Source: Takakia lepidozioides (lineage: Eukaryota > Plantae > Bryophyta). From it: a stretch of 64,000 nt of DNA. The stretch's first letter is position 1. Each line of letters starts with the position of its first letter. The stretch spans positions 42,408,001 through 42,472,000 of the forward strand of contig CM060733.1 of assembly GCA_030704615.1 (NCBI GenBank). The letters are read 5' to 3'. The position numbers and the translations under genes are program-made. Below the pieces are notes generated by a model that saw nothing but the letters and a program-made list of their open reading frames with translations, was not told where the DNA came from and made no database searches. This document shows positions 1 to 11,093 of the stretch, piece by piece.

Positions 1-1292
1 CTCACGAGATAAGGTTCTCTGATTGAAGAATGAGGCACTTTCGTTCCAACCGTAAGCTTTTTTATGTTTGCTTCTCCTTGTTTAGCGACAAAAATCTTGC
101 TCACTATGGGCAAGCATGCGCTCAAGGCTAAATTAGCTTGCCCGACACGATTACCATATACCCCCAGCCGCCTTCCCCATTGTAAGCGGTGGCTAAAATG
201 GCGTCAAACGGAAGGCTCTATACGCCCGTGTTTTGGAAAGAAAGAAGGCCTCGGAAATATCCAAGGGTTGGGATTCCCCTCGGAGCCGAGCACCCCTTCG
301 ATCCAAGTTGCCCGGGCGGGCAATGACTAGACTCTCGACTTCTCTAAGTGTGGAGACACAAAAAGAGTTAAGGTATTTTATTCCAAACAAGTTTCGCTTG
401 ATTGCTCAAGCTCATCAGTGCAACACCAAGAGATGAAGTCCTAAGAGCCAAGCCTATCCTTATATACTAGAAAAACACACTCACTATGTGCAAACGATAT
501 GGGATAATTCCCAAGGCAATAATAATGCCACTAAAGCACTAATTTAGCCTCCAAGTCAAGACTGCATTAATTAGTCAATGGTCCAAATTAATTGTTGGAA
601 CCCTTTGACTTTAACATCAACACTAGGGTTATCAAAGAGGCAAAATTAATAATGCTAGGGACATTTGCACTACAAGATCATCCTATCATTCTAGATTTAA
701 CTAAGAATGAACTCAGCTTTCGCGGGTTCCTCCAACAAATCATCGTTCAAGGAAGAAATCGAAGCTCCGGGACTTGCTGAAGCAACTCGTGGAGTCTAGG
801 GTTTAGGGTGACCCCCAAGTTCAAGGCTCGAGTGTACGAAGAGTAGTCGAGCTTAAGAACAAGGGGGGCCCGTTTACCCTCAACTACGCGTTGCGTCTGT
901 TGGTCGAGTAGAGCGGATCTGAGGTCGTAGGAGATCTTGGTGAAGCAACTCCGGATGAACGCCGCTGGATAACCTCGGGCTCGAAGACATTTGTAAAACA
1001 AAAGTCGCAAATGGTTGAACCCTTGGATGGTGCTTTCTCGTATTACGTACTGTTGGAGCTCGCCGATGACGAAAGCTTTCTTTTGGTGATGTGGATGTCA
1101 TGAGGACCAAGGCAAGTATTGATACTTGTTCTGGGCTTTTTGATGATATCTGGTAGAGAGCCGTCGAGTTTGGATGAAGTCGTCTCATTTAAAGAAGGTG
1201 ATATGCAAGATGTCGGCAAACGTCGGGCTTATGGCAGTCGTGATTTTGATGCCATCGAACATGGAACCGTAGTTCCGTAACTAGGACCAAAA
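1..1292 (-). mobile_element. Penelope-like element family A, copy 1 (diverged, 5'-truncated; pLTR plus RT C-terminal remnant 678-1292)
   Basis: Colinear with 1966-3510 and 10163-11710 but with many substitutions and a 254-bp deletion at 128/129. Translation LRARGYPAAFIRSCF...KRAPLVLKLDYS matches the RT C-terminus. Confidence 0.9.
381..423 (-). ncRNA. Minimal hammerhead ribozyme (family A), stem I mutated
   Basis: Minus strand TTGCA-CTGATGA-GCTTGA GCAA TCAAGC-GAAAC TT GTT-TGGAA; one stem I mismatch relative to the other A copies. Confidence 0.8.
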
Positions 1293-1630
1293 GCTGAGCT
1301 CATCAGTGGGAAAGAAAAAGAATGAGATACAAACCCCACCCCCCGCTTATATACTACTAGGAGTGAACTGCCTCGTGTGGACAATCTTCCAGTGGATGTC
1401 TCGTGAGGAGAAAAACCATCCAACAAACGTCACGTACGGAGAGAATAGTCCAAAAAGTCTCGGTGGGAGAAAGTCATCCAGTGGATGAAAACAAGTTCTC
1501 GACAAGAGAGAACTAGATCCAAAGAATAAAAAATCATCCAAATAGTCAATTGCATATCTCTCAAATACAACTAACTCCGTGAGTTTATGACTATGCAACA
1601 ACCAATTATACTGAAGTTACAGCATGTTGT
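1293..1630 (-). mobile_element. Family C fragment joined directly to A copy 1
   Basis: Matches 6122-6455; starts inside the ribozyme (GAGCTCATCAGTGGG). Confidence 0.85.
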
Positions 1631-1712
1631 TTAAAGGATTAGGGTTTAAGGGTTTAAGGGTTTAAGGGTTTTTAGGGTTTAGGGGTTAGGGTTTAGGGTT
1701 AGGGTTTAGGGT
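1631..1712 (+). repeat. Degenerate telomeric tract (TTTAGGG/TTTAAGGG/TTAGGG variants)
   Basis: Direct reading, about 11 units. Confidence 0.95.
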
Positions 1713-1774
1713 TCACATAAAGCGTCAAAACAAGTGTAGCCGTACCTCACAAGTTTAGGGTTTAGGGTTTAGGG
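1713..1774 (+). repeat. 33-bp family C stub, CTCACAAG linker (1746-1753) and (TTTAGGG)3
   Basis: TCACATAAAGCGTCAAAACAAGTGTAGC is the start of the C cDNA, followed by CTCACAAG and telomeric repeats 1754-1774. Confidence 0.9.
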
Positions 1775-4700
1775 TGGTTAGCAAAGGCTTGCAAAGGTAA
1801 CAAAAAGTAGAAAAATACTGGAAAAAGACACAGTAAAAATTAAGGGGGGCCGGTTCGGACCCAAATACAAATGCAATGGAAACCAAGACAAATGCATACA
1901 AAGTGCGCCTATCGTGCCTAAAGGGATGCAATAAGACTATTATGTCTTATGCAAGGACTCCCGCCCTCACGAGATAAGGTTCTCTAATTGAAGAATGAGG
2001 CACTTTCGTTCCAACCGTAAGCTTTTTTATGTTTGCTTCTCCTTGTTTAGCGACAAAAATCTTGCTCACTATGGGCAAGCATGCGCTCAAGGCACTCACA
2101 AACATAGGGTCAAGTCTCAACCCCTAGTTGGAAAACTTATATGCCCCACCTTCAAAAAGAGGTTCGTACCTCTAAGGAAGAATGGGAGGGATTACCGCAT
2201 AAGGTCATCGACGAGAAGGTTAGGTCGGCAGAGGCTTGCGCATGCCCATAGTCCTCTGATCGCTCGAGATGAACTCGAGGGAGGATCAACCAAATCCCTT
2301 CTCTCCGACCATCGGGCGTACGACAGGGGGAACCGTGTAGTCGGGGCTAAATTAGCTTGCCCGACACGATTACCATATACCCCCAGCCGCCTTCCCCATT
2401 GTAAGCGGTGGCTAAGATGGCGTCAAACGGAAGGCTCTATACGCCCGTGCTTCGGAAAGAAAAAAGGCCTCGGAAGTATCCAAGGGTTGGGATTCCCTCG
2501 GAGCCGAGCACCCCTTCGATCCAAGTTGCCCGGGCGGGCAAGGACTAGACTCTCGACTTCTCTAAATGTGGAGACACAAAAAGAGTTAAGGTGTTTTATT
2601 CCAAACAAGTTTCGCTTGATTGCTCAAGCTCATCAGTGGAACACCAAGAGATGAAGTCCTAAGAGCCAAGCCTATCCTTATATACTAGAAAAACACCCTC
2701 ACTATGTGCAAACGATATGGGATAATTCCCAAGGCAATAATAATGCCACTAAAGCACTAATTTAGCCTCCAAGTCAAGACTGCATTAATTAGTCAATGGT
2801 CCAAATTAATTGTTGGAACCCTTTGACTTTAACATCAACACTAGGGCTATCAAAGAGGCAAAATTAATAATGCTAGGGACATTTGCACTACAAAAATCAT
2901 CCTATCATTCTAGATTTAACTAGGAATGAACTCAGTTTTCGCGGATTCCTCCAACAAATCATCGCTCGAGGAAGAAACCGAAGCTCCGGGACTTGCTGAA
3001 GCAACTCGTGGAGTCTAGGGTTAGGGTGGCCCCCAAGTTCAAGGCTCGAGTGTACGAAGAGTAGTCGAGCTTAAGAACAAGGGGGGCCCGTTTACCCTCA
3101 ACTGCGCGTTGCGTCTGTTGGTCGAGTAGAGCGGATTTGAGGTCGTAGGAGATCTTGGTGAAGCAACTCCGGATGAACGCCGCCGGATAACCTCGGGCTC
3201 GAAGACGTTTGTAAAACAAAAGTCGCAAATGGTTGAACCCTTGGATGGTGCTTTCTCGTATTACGTACCGTTGGAGCTCGCCGATGACGAAAGCTTTCTT
3301 TTGGTGATGTGGATGCCACGAGGACCAAGGCAAGTATTGATACTTGTTCTGGGCCTTTTGATGACATCTCGTAGAGAGCCGTCGAGTTTGGATGAAGTCG
3401 TCTCCTTTGAGGAAGGTGATATCCAAGATGTCGGCGGACGTCGGGCTTATGGCGGTCGTGATTTTGATGCCATCGAACATGGAACCGTAGTTCCGTAACC
3501 AGGACCGGAGGCTCTTTTCGGAGCCTACCCAGATGCCAAAGCCGTCGTCGATATAGCGCTTAAGATAAAGCAGCTCTTGCTCCGATGGGCACACGTACTC
3601 CATGTACATCTCCAACCGACAGAGGAACAAACAAGCGTAAACAACTGCAAAGTTGCTCCCATGGCCGTCCCGCGAATTTGGTGCCAAAAACTACCATTGA
3701 ACTCAAGGTAATGGTGTTTCAAGACTAATCCAGCGAGGGTCATGATCAGGTCTTTTTTGTGTTTGGTGAAATTACCTCCAATAGCACATTCGAGCTCATA
3801 CAAGCCGAGCTCGGTGATGATGCTGGGATATAGAGATTCCACGTCAAACGTAAAAAGAAGAGCATGCGAGGGGACCTCGAGTTGGGAAACCTCTCGAAGA
3901 AGCGTGAGAGAATCAACCAAATGAGTGGGTTCCTTGAGAAGTACCGGAAGGAGTTGGTGATGGAGCCAAATTGAAGCATGCTCGAAGATGTAGTTGTTGT
4001 AGGAACAAATGGGTCTTCCAACAAGCACGGGTTTGTGCACCTTCGGAATGAAGTACAAAGCACAAGCTCGAAAGTCCGTGGACGACCGAGGGCGTTGGCG
4101 GATGTAATTCCATTCTTTGGTGGAGATCGCAAACCTGTAGATTGGATGGCAAGCCAACACCTCCAACCTCGACCAAAGTTCTTCCCACGGTACGGAATCC
4201 ACGGGACGATAAACTTCGGTGTCTGAGAGTTGCCGCATCGCCTCTTGCATGTACCAAGACTTGTCCATAAGCACAAGACCAAGATTTTTGTCGGCCGGCT
4301 TGATGACAAGGTCCGGATCCGACCTCAATCTTTTGAGAGCAAGTCTCAAGTGTCTCGGCAGACAAGGTCGTGCATTGCGGGCGATTCGATCCAAACGGCT
4401 AGACAAAAGATCATTACCTTCTCGAATGATGGCCTCGAGCGGTTGAGATTCCACTGGCGGATTGAATGATGGATTCGGAACGCGCCAAAGAGGAACCTCG
4501 TCGTTGTCTTTGCCCGAGAAGAACGTTCGCAACCTCAAGCTTCGAGCAAAATTGTTGAATTCGGTGATGATTGAAGATCGGGAAGGGGGAAGAGGACGAG
4601 GAATGTAATTGAGACCAAGGCCCAGGAGTTGTCGCTCCGCAAAGGAGAGAACCCTCTTGCTATAGTTGTGGATAGCAGTGTTGGTGACCCTGCATTCCAC

Positions 4701-4877
4701 TTGGGAGGGAGTCTTCCTAGCAAAGAGCAACAAAGCGTAAGCCTTCGGGTCTACGAGCGGGTACCAGAAGAGACTCCTCGTGCGCCCCCGCGTCTGTGAG
4801 GAGGTACGTATGGCCGCTTCGTCTTCCTCGTCGTCGTCGTCGCACCCTTCGTCGTGGCCGGTTTTCCGTTGACCCTC
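1775..4877 (-). mobile_element. PLE family A copy 2 (pLTR plus whole RT core with 1-nt frameshifts, truncated within ORF1)
   Basis: Near-identical to 9977-13076. ORFs 3525-4733 and 2959-3687 carry KPADKNLG, FTFDVESLY, GTAMG and RYIDDG; single-base deletions near 3021 and 3657. Confidence 0.95.
2599..2641 (-). ncRNA. Minimal hammerhead ribozyme (family A)
   Basis: Minus strand TTCCA-CTGATGA-GCTTGA GCAA TCAAGC-GAAAC TT GTT-TGGAA: catalytic boxes, 6-bp stem II with GNRA loop, 5-bp stem I. Confidence 0.9.
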
Positions 4878-4933
4878 ACAAGTTTAGGGTTTAGGGTTTA
4901 GGGGTTTAGGGTTTAGGGGTTTAGGGTTTAGGG
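4875..4933 (+). repeat. CTCACAAG linker and telomeric tract (about 7 units) capping A copy 2
   Basis: Direct reading; includes two TTTAGGGG variants. Confidence 0.95.
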
Positions 4934-5568
4934 TTTACATAAAGCGTCAAAACAAGTGTAGCAGTACAACGCGGATGCACCGGGTGCAAGATAAACACGA
5001 TCCGGGCAAACGAGTTTTAGGGGGGCGAGTTATGCACCCTTGGAAAAATTTCAGATCCTGTGAATCAAACCTGAAAGGAGAGATCCTGAGAGACAGGAAA
5101 CTAGAATAGAAGTATGCGAGGTGTCCTGAAATGCAACTGCAAACCTATGCAAGAGGCAAATGTGCGTATGAGAATTATTTCACTGGATGCACAGGAGAAT
5201 AAGAACCCTATCTCTGTTTTGCAAGAGAATGGACACACTAGGAACAACTTAGATGCAGATCTCATATGCACTACTCGAAAGGGAGTTTATGGCATAGAAT
5301 AGAAGTATGCGAGGTGTCCTGAAATGCAACTGCAAACCTATGCAAGAGGCAAATGTGCGTATGAGAACTATTTCACTGGATGCACAGGAGAATAAGAACC
5401 ATATCTCTGTTTTGCAAGAGAATGGACACACTAGGAACAACTTAGATGCAGATCTCACATGCACGACTCGAAAGGGAGTTTATGGCATGCCGTATAGACA
5501 CAGAGCACATAACAATGCAATGATCTAAAGCAGGGGATACAAACGCATCTAAAACTCGACAACTTCAA
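4934..5568 (-). mobile_element. Family C fragment with internal 193-bp tandem duplication
   Basis: Matches 5598-6040; GAATAGAAGTATGCG...GGAGTTTATGGCAT is repeated at 5104 and 5297. Confidence 0.9.
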
Positions 5569-5597
5569 GTTTAGGGTTTAGGGTTTAGGGTTTAGGG
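5569..5597 (+). repeat. (TTTAGGG)4 telomeric tract
   Basis: Direct reading. Confidence 0.95.
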
Positions 5598-6096
5598 TTC
5601 ACATAAAGCATCAAAACAAGTGTAGCAGTACAACGCGGATGCACCGGGTGCAAGATAAACACGATCCGGGCAAACAAGTTTTAGGGGGGGGCCAGTTATG
5701 CACCCCTGGAAAAATTTCAGATCCTGTGAATCAAACCTGAAAGGAGAGATCCTGAGAGACAGGAAACTAGAATAGAAGTATGCGAGGTGTCCTGAAATGC
5801 AACTGCAAACCTATGCAAGAGGCAAATGTGCGTATGAGAACTATTTCACTGGATGCACAGGAGAATAAGAACCCTATCTCTGTTTTGCAAGAGAATGGAC
5901 ACACTAGGAACAACTTAGATGCAGATCTCCCATGCACTACTCGAGAGGGAGTTTATGGCATGCCGTATAGACACAGGGCACATAACAATGCAATGATCTA
6001 AAGCAGGGGATACAAACGCATCTAAAACTCGACAACTTCAAAGGGTGAGACTACGAGGCAAGATCATGCAAAGTAGTGAAGCCAAATCTTTATAGA

Positions 6097-6138
6097 CCCC
6101 AGACTAGTTTCGCTCAGCGCGTGAGCTCATCAGTGGGA
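6097..6138 (-). ncRNA. Minimal hammerhead ribozyme (family C)
   Basis: Minus strand TCCCA-CTGATGA-GCTCA CGCGC TGAGC-GAAAC TA GTC-TGGGG; GUC cleavage triplet, palindromic ACTAGT stem III. Confidence 0.92.
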
Positions 6139-7253
6139 AAGAAAAGGAATGAGATACAAACCCCACCCCCCGCTTATATACTACTAGGAGTGAACTGCCT
6201 CGTGTGGACAATCTTCCAGTGGAGGTCTCGTGAGGAGAAAAACCATCCAACAGATGTCTCGTACGGAGAGAATAGTCCAAAAAGTCTCGGTGGGAGAAAG
6301 TCATCCAGTGGATGAAAACAAGTTCTCGACAAGAGAGAACTAGATCCAAAGAATAAAAATCATCCAAATAGTCAATTGCATATCTCTCAAATACAACTAA
6401 CTCCGTGAGTTTATGACTATGCAACAACCAATTATGCTGAAGTTAGAGCATGTTGTGCAAAGTCGTAAGGGCTGAAACCACTTCGAAAGGAACGCACAAC
6501 TCGTAAGAGCTTTTGCACACGCAGACCATCGCGCAACCATCGTCTTGCTAAAGCCTGCAGCTGTGTTGTCCTGAACGTGTCCAACCACGATCCCCACCTT
6601 CCGACCTCCAAGACGAAACACGGCTCGGTCTTCGTATTGTTGCCTCATCACATGAATGAGCAGCTTGGTCAAAAGAATGAAGATCAACATCTGCCTCCAT
6701 TACGTGAAGGCGATTAAAGATGTGTTGCAGCTAACACTGTAAGAAAGTTTAGGGTTCACATAAAGCGTCAAAACAAGTGTAGCAGTACAACGCGGATGCA
6801 CCGGGTGCAAGATAAACACGATCCGGGCAAACAAGTTTTAGGGGGGGGGCAGTTATGCACCCCTGGAAAAATTTCAGATCCTGTGAATCAAACCTGAAAG
6901 GAGAGATCCTGAGAGACAGGAAACTAGAATAGAAGTATGCGAGGTGTCCTGAAATGCAACTGCAAACCTATGCAAGAGGCAAATGTGCGTATGAGAACTA
7001 TTTCACTGGATGCACAAGAGAATAAGAACCCTATCTCTGTTTTGCAAGAGAATGGACACACTAGGAACAACTTAGATGCAGATCTCCCATGCACTACTCG
7101 AGAGGGAGTTTATGGCATGCCGTATAGACACAGAGCACATAACAATGCAATGATCTAAAGCAGGGGATACAAACGCATCTAAAACTCGACAACTTCAAAG
7201 GGTGAGACTACGAGGCAAGATCATGCAAAGTAGTGAAGCCAAATCTTTATAGA

Positions 7254-7295
7254 CCCCAGACTAGTTTCGCTCAGCGCGTGAGCTCATCAGTGGGA
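7254..7295 (-). ncRNA. Minimal hammerhead ribozyme (family C)
   Basis: Same sequence as 6097-6138. Confidence 0.92.
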
Positions 7296-8409
7296 AAGAA
7301 AAGGAATGAGATACAAACCCCACCCCCCGCTTATATACTACTAGGAGTGAACTGCCTCGTGTGGACAATCTTCCAGTGGAGGTCTCGTGCGGAGAAAAAC
7401 CATCCAACAGATGTCTCGTACGGAGAGAATAGTCCAAAAAGTCTCGGTGGGAGAAAGTCATCCAGTGGATGAAAACAAGTTCTCGACAAGAGAGAACTAG
7501 ATCCAAAGAATAAAAATCATCCAAATAGTCAATTGCATATCTCTCAAATACAACTAACTCCGTGAGTTTATGACTATGCAACAACCAATTATGCTGAAGT
7601 TAGAGCATGTTGTGCAAAGTCGTAAGGGCTGAAACCACTTCGAAAGGAACGCACAACTCGTAAGAGCTTTTGCACACGCAGACCATCGCGCAACCATCGT
7701 CTTGCTAAAGCCTGCAGCTGTGTTGTCCTGAACGTGTCCAACCACGATCCCCACCTTCCGACCTCCAAGACGAAACACGGCTCGGTCTTCGTATTGTTGC
7801 TTCATCACATGAATGAGCAGCTTGGTCAAAAGAATGAAGATCAACATCTGCCTCCATTACGTGAAGGCGATTAAAGATGTGTTGCAGCTAACACTGTAAG
7901 AAAGTTTAGGGTTCACATAAAGCATCAAAACAAGTGTAGCAGTACAACGCGGATGCACTGGGTGCAAGATAAACACGATCCGGGCAAACAAGTTTTAGGG
8001 GGGGGCAGTTATGCACCCCTGGAAAAATTTCAGATCCTGTGAATCAAACCTGAAAGGAGAGATCCTGAGAGACAGGAAACTAGAATAGAAGTATGCGAGG
8101 TGTCCTGAAATGCAACTGCAAACCTATGCAAGAGGCAAATGTGCGTATGAGAACTATTTCACTGGATGCACAGGAGAATAAGAACCCTATCTCTGTTTTG
8201 CAAGAGAATGGACACACTAGGAACAACTTAGATGCAGATCTCCCATGCACTACTCGAGAGGGAGTTTATGGCATGCCGTATAGACACAGAGCACATAACA
8301 ATGCAATGATCTAAAGCAGGGGATACAAACGCATCTAAAACTCGACAACTTCAAAGGGTGAGACTACGAGGCAAGATCATGCAAAGTAGTGAAGCCAAAT
8401 CTTTATAGA

Positions 8410-8451
8410 CCCCAGACTAGTTTCGCTCAGCGCGTGAGCTCATCAGTGGGA
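8410..8451 (-). ncRNA. Minimal hammerhead ribozyme (family C)
   Basis: Same sequence as 6097-6138. Confidence 0.92.
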
Positions 8452-8511
8452 AAGAAAAGGAATGAGATACAAACCCCACCCCCCGCTTATATACTACTAG
8501 GAGTGAACTGC

Positions 8512-8538
8512 CACAAGTTTAGGGTTTAGGGCTTAGGG
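8512..8538 (+). repeat. CACAAG linker and 3 telomeric repeats
   Basis: CACAAG TTTAGGG TTTAGGG CTTAGGG. Confidence 0.92.
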
Positions 8539-9952
8539 TTCACATAAAGCATCAAAACAAGTGTAGCAGTACAACGCGGATGCACCGGGTGCAAGATAAA
8601 CACGATCCGGGCAAACAAGTTTTAGGGGGGCCACTTATGCACCCCTGGAAAAATTTCAGATCCTGTGAATCAAACCTGAAAAGAGAGATCCTGAGAGACA
8701 GGAAACTAGAATAGAAGTATGCGAGGTGTCCTGAAATGCAACTGCAAACCTATGCAAGAGGCAAATGTGCGTATGAGAACTATTTCACTGGATGCACAGG
8801 AGAATAAGAACCCTATCTCTGTTTTGCAAGAGAATGGACACACTAGGAACAACTTAGATGCAGATCTCACATGCACTACTCGAAAGGGAGTTTATGGCAT
8901 AGAATAGAAGTATGCGAGGTGTCCTGAAATGCAACTGCAAACCTATGCAAGAGGCAAATGTGCGTATGAGAACTATTTTCACTGGATGCACAGGAGAATA
9001 AGAACCCTATCTCTGTTTTGCAAGAGAATGGACACACTGGGAACAACTTAGATGCAGATCTCACATGCACTACTCGAAAGGGAGTTTATGGCATGCCGTA
9101 TAGACACAGGGCACATAACAATGCAATGATCTAAAGCAGGGGATACAAACGCATCTAAAACTCGACAACTTCAAAGGGTGAGACCACGAGGCAAGATCAT
9201 GCAAAGTAGTGAAGCCAAATCTTTATAGACCCCAGACTAGTTTCGCTCAGCGCGTGAGCTCATCAGTGGGAAAGAAAAGGAATGAGATACAAACCCCACC
9301 CCCCGCTTATATACTACTAGGAGTGAACTGCCTCGTGTGGACAATCTTCCAGTGGATGTCTCGTGAGGAGAAAAACCATCCAACAGATGTCTCGTACGGA
9401 GAGAATAGTCCAAAAGTCTCGGTGGGAGAAAGTCATCCAGTGGATGAAAACAAGTTCTCGACAAGAGAGAACTAGATCCAAAGAATAAAAATCATCCAAA
9501 TAGTCAATTGCATATCTCTCAAATACAACTAACTCCGTGAGTTTATGACTATGCAACAACCAATTATGCTGAAGTTAGAGCATGTTGTGCAAAGTCGTAA
9601 GGGCTGAAACCACTTCGAAAGGAACGCACAACTCGTAAGAGCTTTTGCACACGCAGACCATCGCGCAACCATCGTCTTGCTAAAGCCTGCAGCTGTGTTG
9701 TCCTGAACGTGTCCAACCACGATCCCCACCTTCCGACCTCCAAGACGAAACACGGCTCGGTCTTCGTATTGTTGCCTCATCACATGAATGAGCAGCTTGG
9801 TCAAAAGAATGAAGATCAACATCTGCCTCCATTACGTGAAGGCGATTAAAGATGTGTTGCAGCTAACACTGTAAGAAAGTTTAGGGTTCACATAAAGCGT
9901 CAAAACAAGTGTAGCAGTACAACGCGGATGCACCGGGTGCAAGATAAACACG
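8539..9952 (-). mobile_element. Family C, one full unit (with the 193-bp duplication) plus a 66-bp start of the next
   Basis: Same unit as 5598-6754; seamless internal junction at 9880-9886. Confidence 0.9.
9230..9271 (-). ncRNA. Minimal hammerhead ribozyme (family C)
   Basis: Same sequence as 6097-6138. Confidence 0.92.
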
Positions 9953-9976
9953 GGTTTAGGGTTTAGGGTTTAGGGT
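9953..9976 (+). repeat. Telomeric tract (about 3 units)
   Basis: Direct reading. Confidence 0.95.
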
Positions 9977-10795
9977 TTAGCAAAGGCTTGCAAAGGTAAA
10001 AAAATAGAAAAATACTGGAAAAAGACACAGTAAAAATTAAGGGGGGCCGGTTCGGACCCAAATACAAATGCAATGGAAACCAAGACAAATGCATACAAAG
10101 TGCGCCTATCGTGCCTAAAGGGATGCAATAAGACTATTATGTCTTATGCAAGGACTCCCGCCCTCACGAGATAAGGTTCTCTAATTGAAGAATGAGGCAC
10201 TTTCGTTCCAACCGTAAGCTTTTTTATGTTTGCTTCTCCTTGTTTAGCGACAAAAATCTTGCTCACTATGGGCAAGCATGCGCTCAAGGCACTCACAAAC
10301 ATAGGGTCAAGTCTCAACCCCTAGTTGGAAAACTTATATGCCCCACCTTCAAAAAGAGGTTCGTACCTCTAAGGAAGAATGGGAGGGATTACCGCATAAG
10401 GTCATCGACGAGAAGGTTAGGTCGGCAGAGGCTTGCGCATGCCCATAGTCCTCTGATCGCTCGAGATGAACTCGAGGGAGGATCAACCAAATCCTTCTCT
10501 CCGACCATCGGGCGTACGACAGGGGGAACCGTGTAGTCGGGGCTAAATTAGCTTGCCCGACACGATTACCATATACCCCCAGCCGCCTTCCCCATTGTAA
10601 GCGGTGGCTAAGATGGCGTCAAACGGAAGGCTCTATACGCCCGTGCTTCGGAAAGAAAAAAGGCCTCGGAAGTATCCAAGGGTTGGGATTCCCCTCGGAG
10701 CCGAGCACCCCTTCGATCCAAGTTGCCCGGGCGGGCAAGGACTAGACTCTCGACTTCTCTAAATGTGGAGACACAAAAAGAGTTAAGGTGTTTTA

Positions 10796-10838
10796 TTCCA
10801 AACAAGTTTCGCTTGATTGCTCAAGCTCATCAGTGGAA
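10796..10838 (-). ncRNA. Minimal hammerhead ribozyme (family A)
   Basis: Same sequence as 2599-2641. Confidence 0.9.
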
Positions 10839-10874
10839 CACCAAGAGATGAAGTCCTAAGAGCCAAGCCTATCC

Positions 10875-10882
10875 TTATATAC
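10875..10882 (-). promoter_or_regulatory. Putative TATA box of the family A pLTR
   Basis: GTATATAA about 48 nt upstream of the ribozyme core; same motif and spacing in B and C. Confidence 0.6.
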
Positions 10883-11093
10883 TAGAAAAACACCCTCACT
10901 ATGTGCAAACGATATGGGATAATTCCCAAGGCAATAATAATGCCACTAAAGCACTAATTTAGCCTCCAAGTCAAGACTGCATTAATTAGTCAATGGTCCA
11001 AATTAATTGTTGGAACCCTTTGACTTTAACATCAACACTAGGGCTATCAAAGAGGCAAAATTAATAATGCTAGGGACATTTGCACTACAAAAA

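Larger units (their letters stand above)
5598..8512 (-). mobile_element. Family C non-autonomous PLE derivative, about 2.5 head-to-tail units of 1157 bp
   Basis: Period of 1157 (single TTTAGGG at 5591, 6748, 7905). Homologous to the family B post-RT region, TATA, ribozyme and ORF1 start; no RT or full ORF1. Confidence 0.9.

Noticed and set aside
121-135. 254-bp deletion in A copy 1 as a spliced intron
   Set aside because: No GT/GC-AG boundaries on either strand; flanked by GGC microhomology.
5114-9822. Repeated 62-107 aa ORFs in family C, and pLTR or antisense ORFs in A and B
   Set aside because: They recur only because the unit is repeated; no recognisable motifs, and most are antisense or broken by indels between copies.
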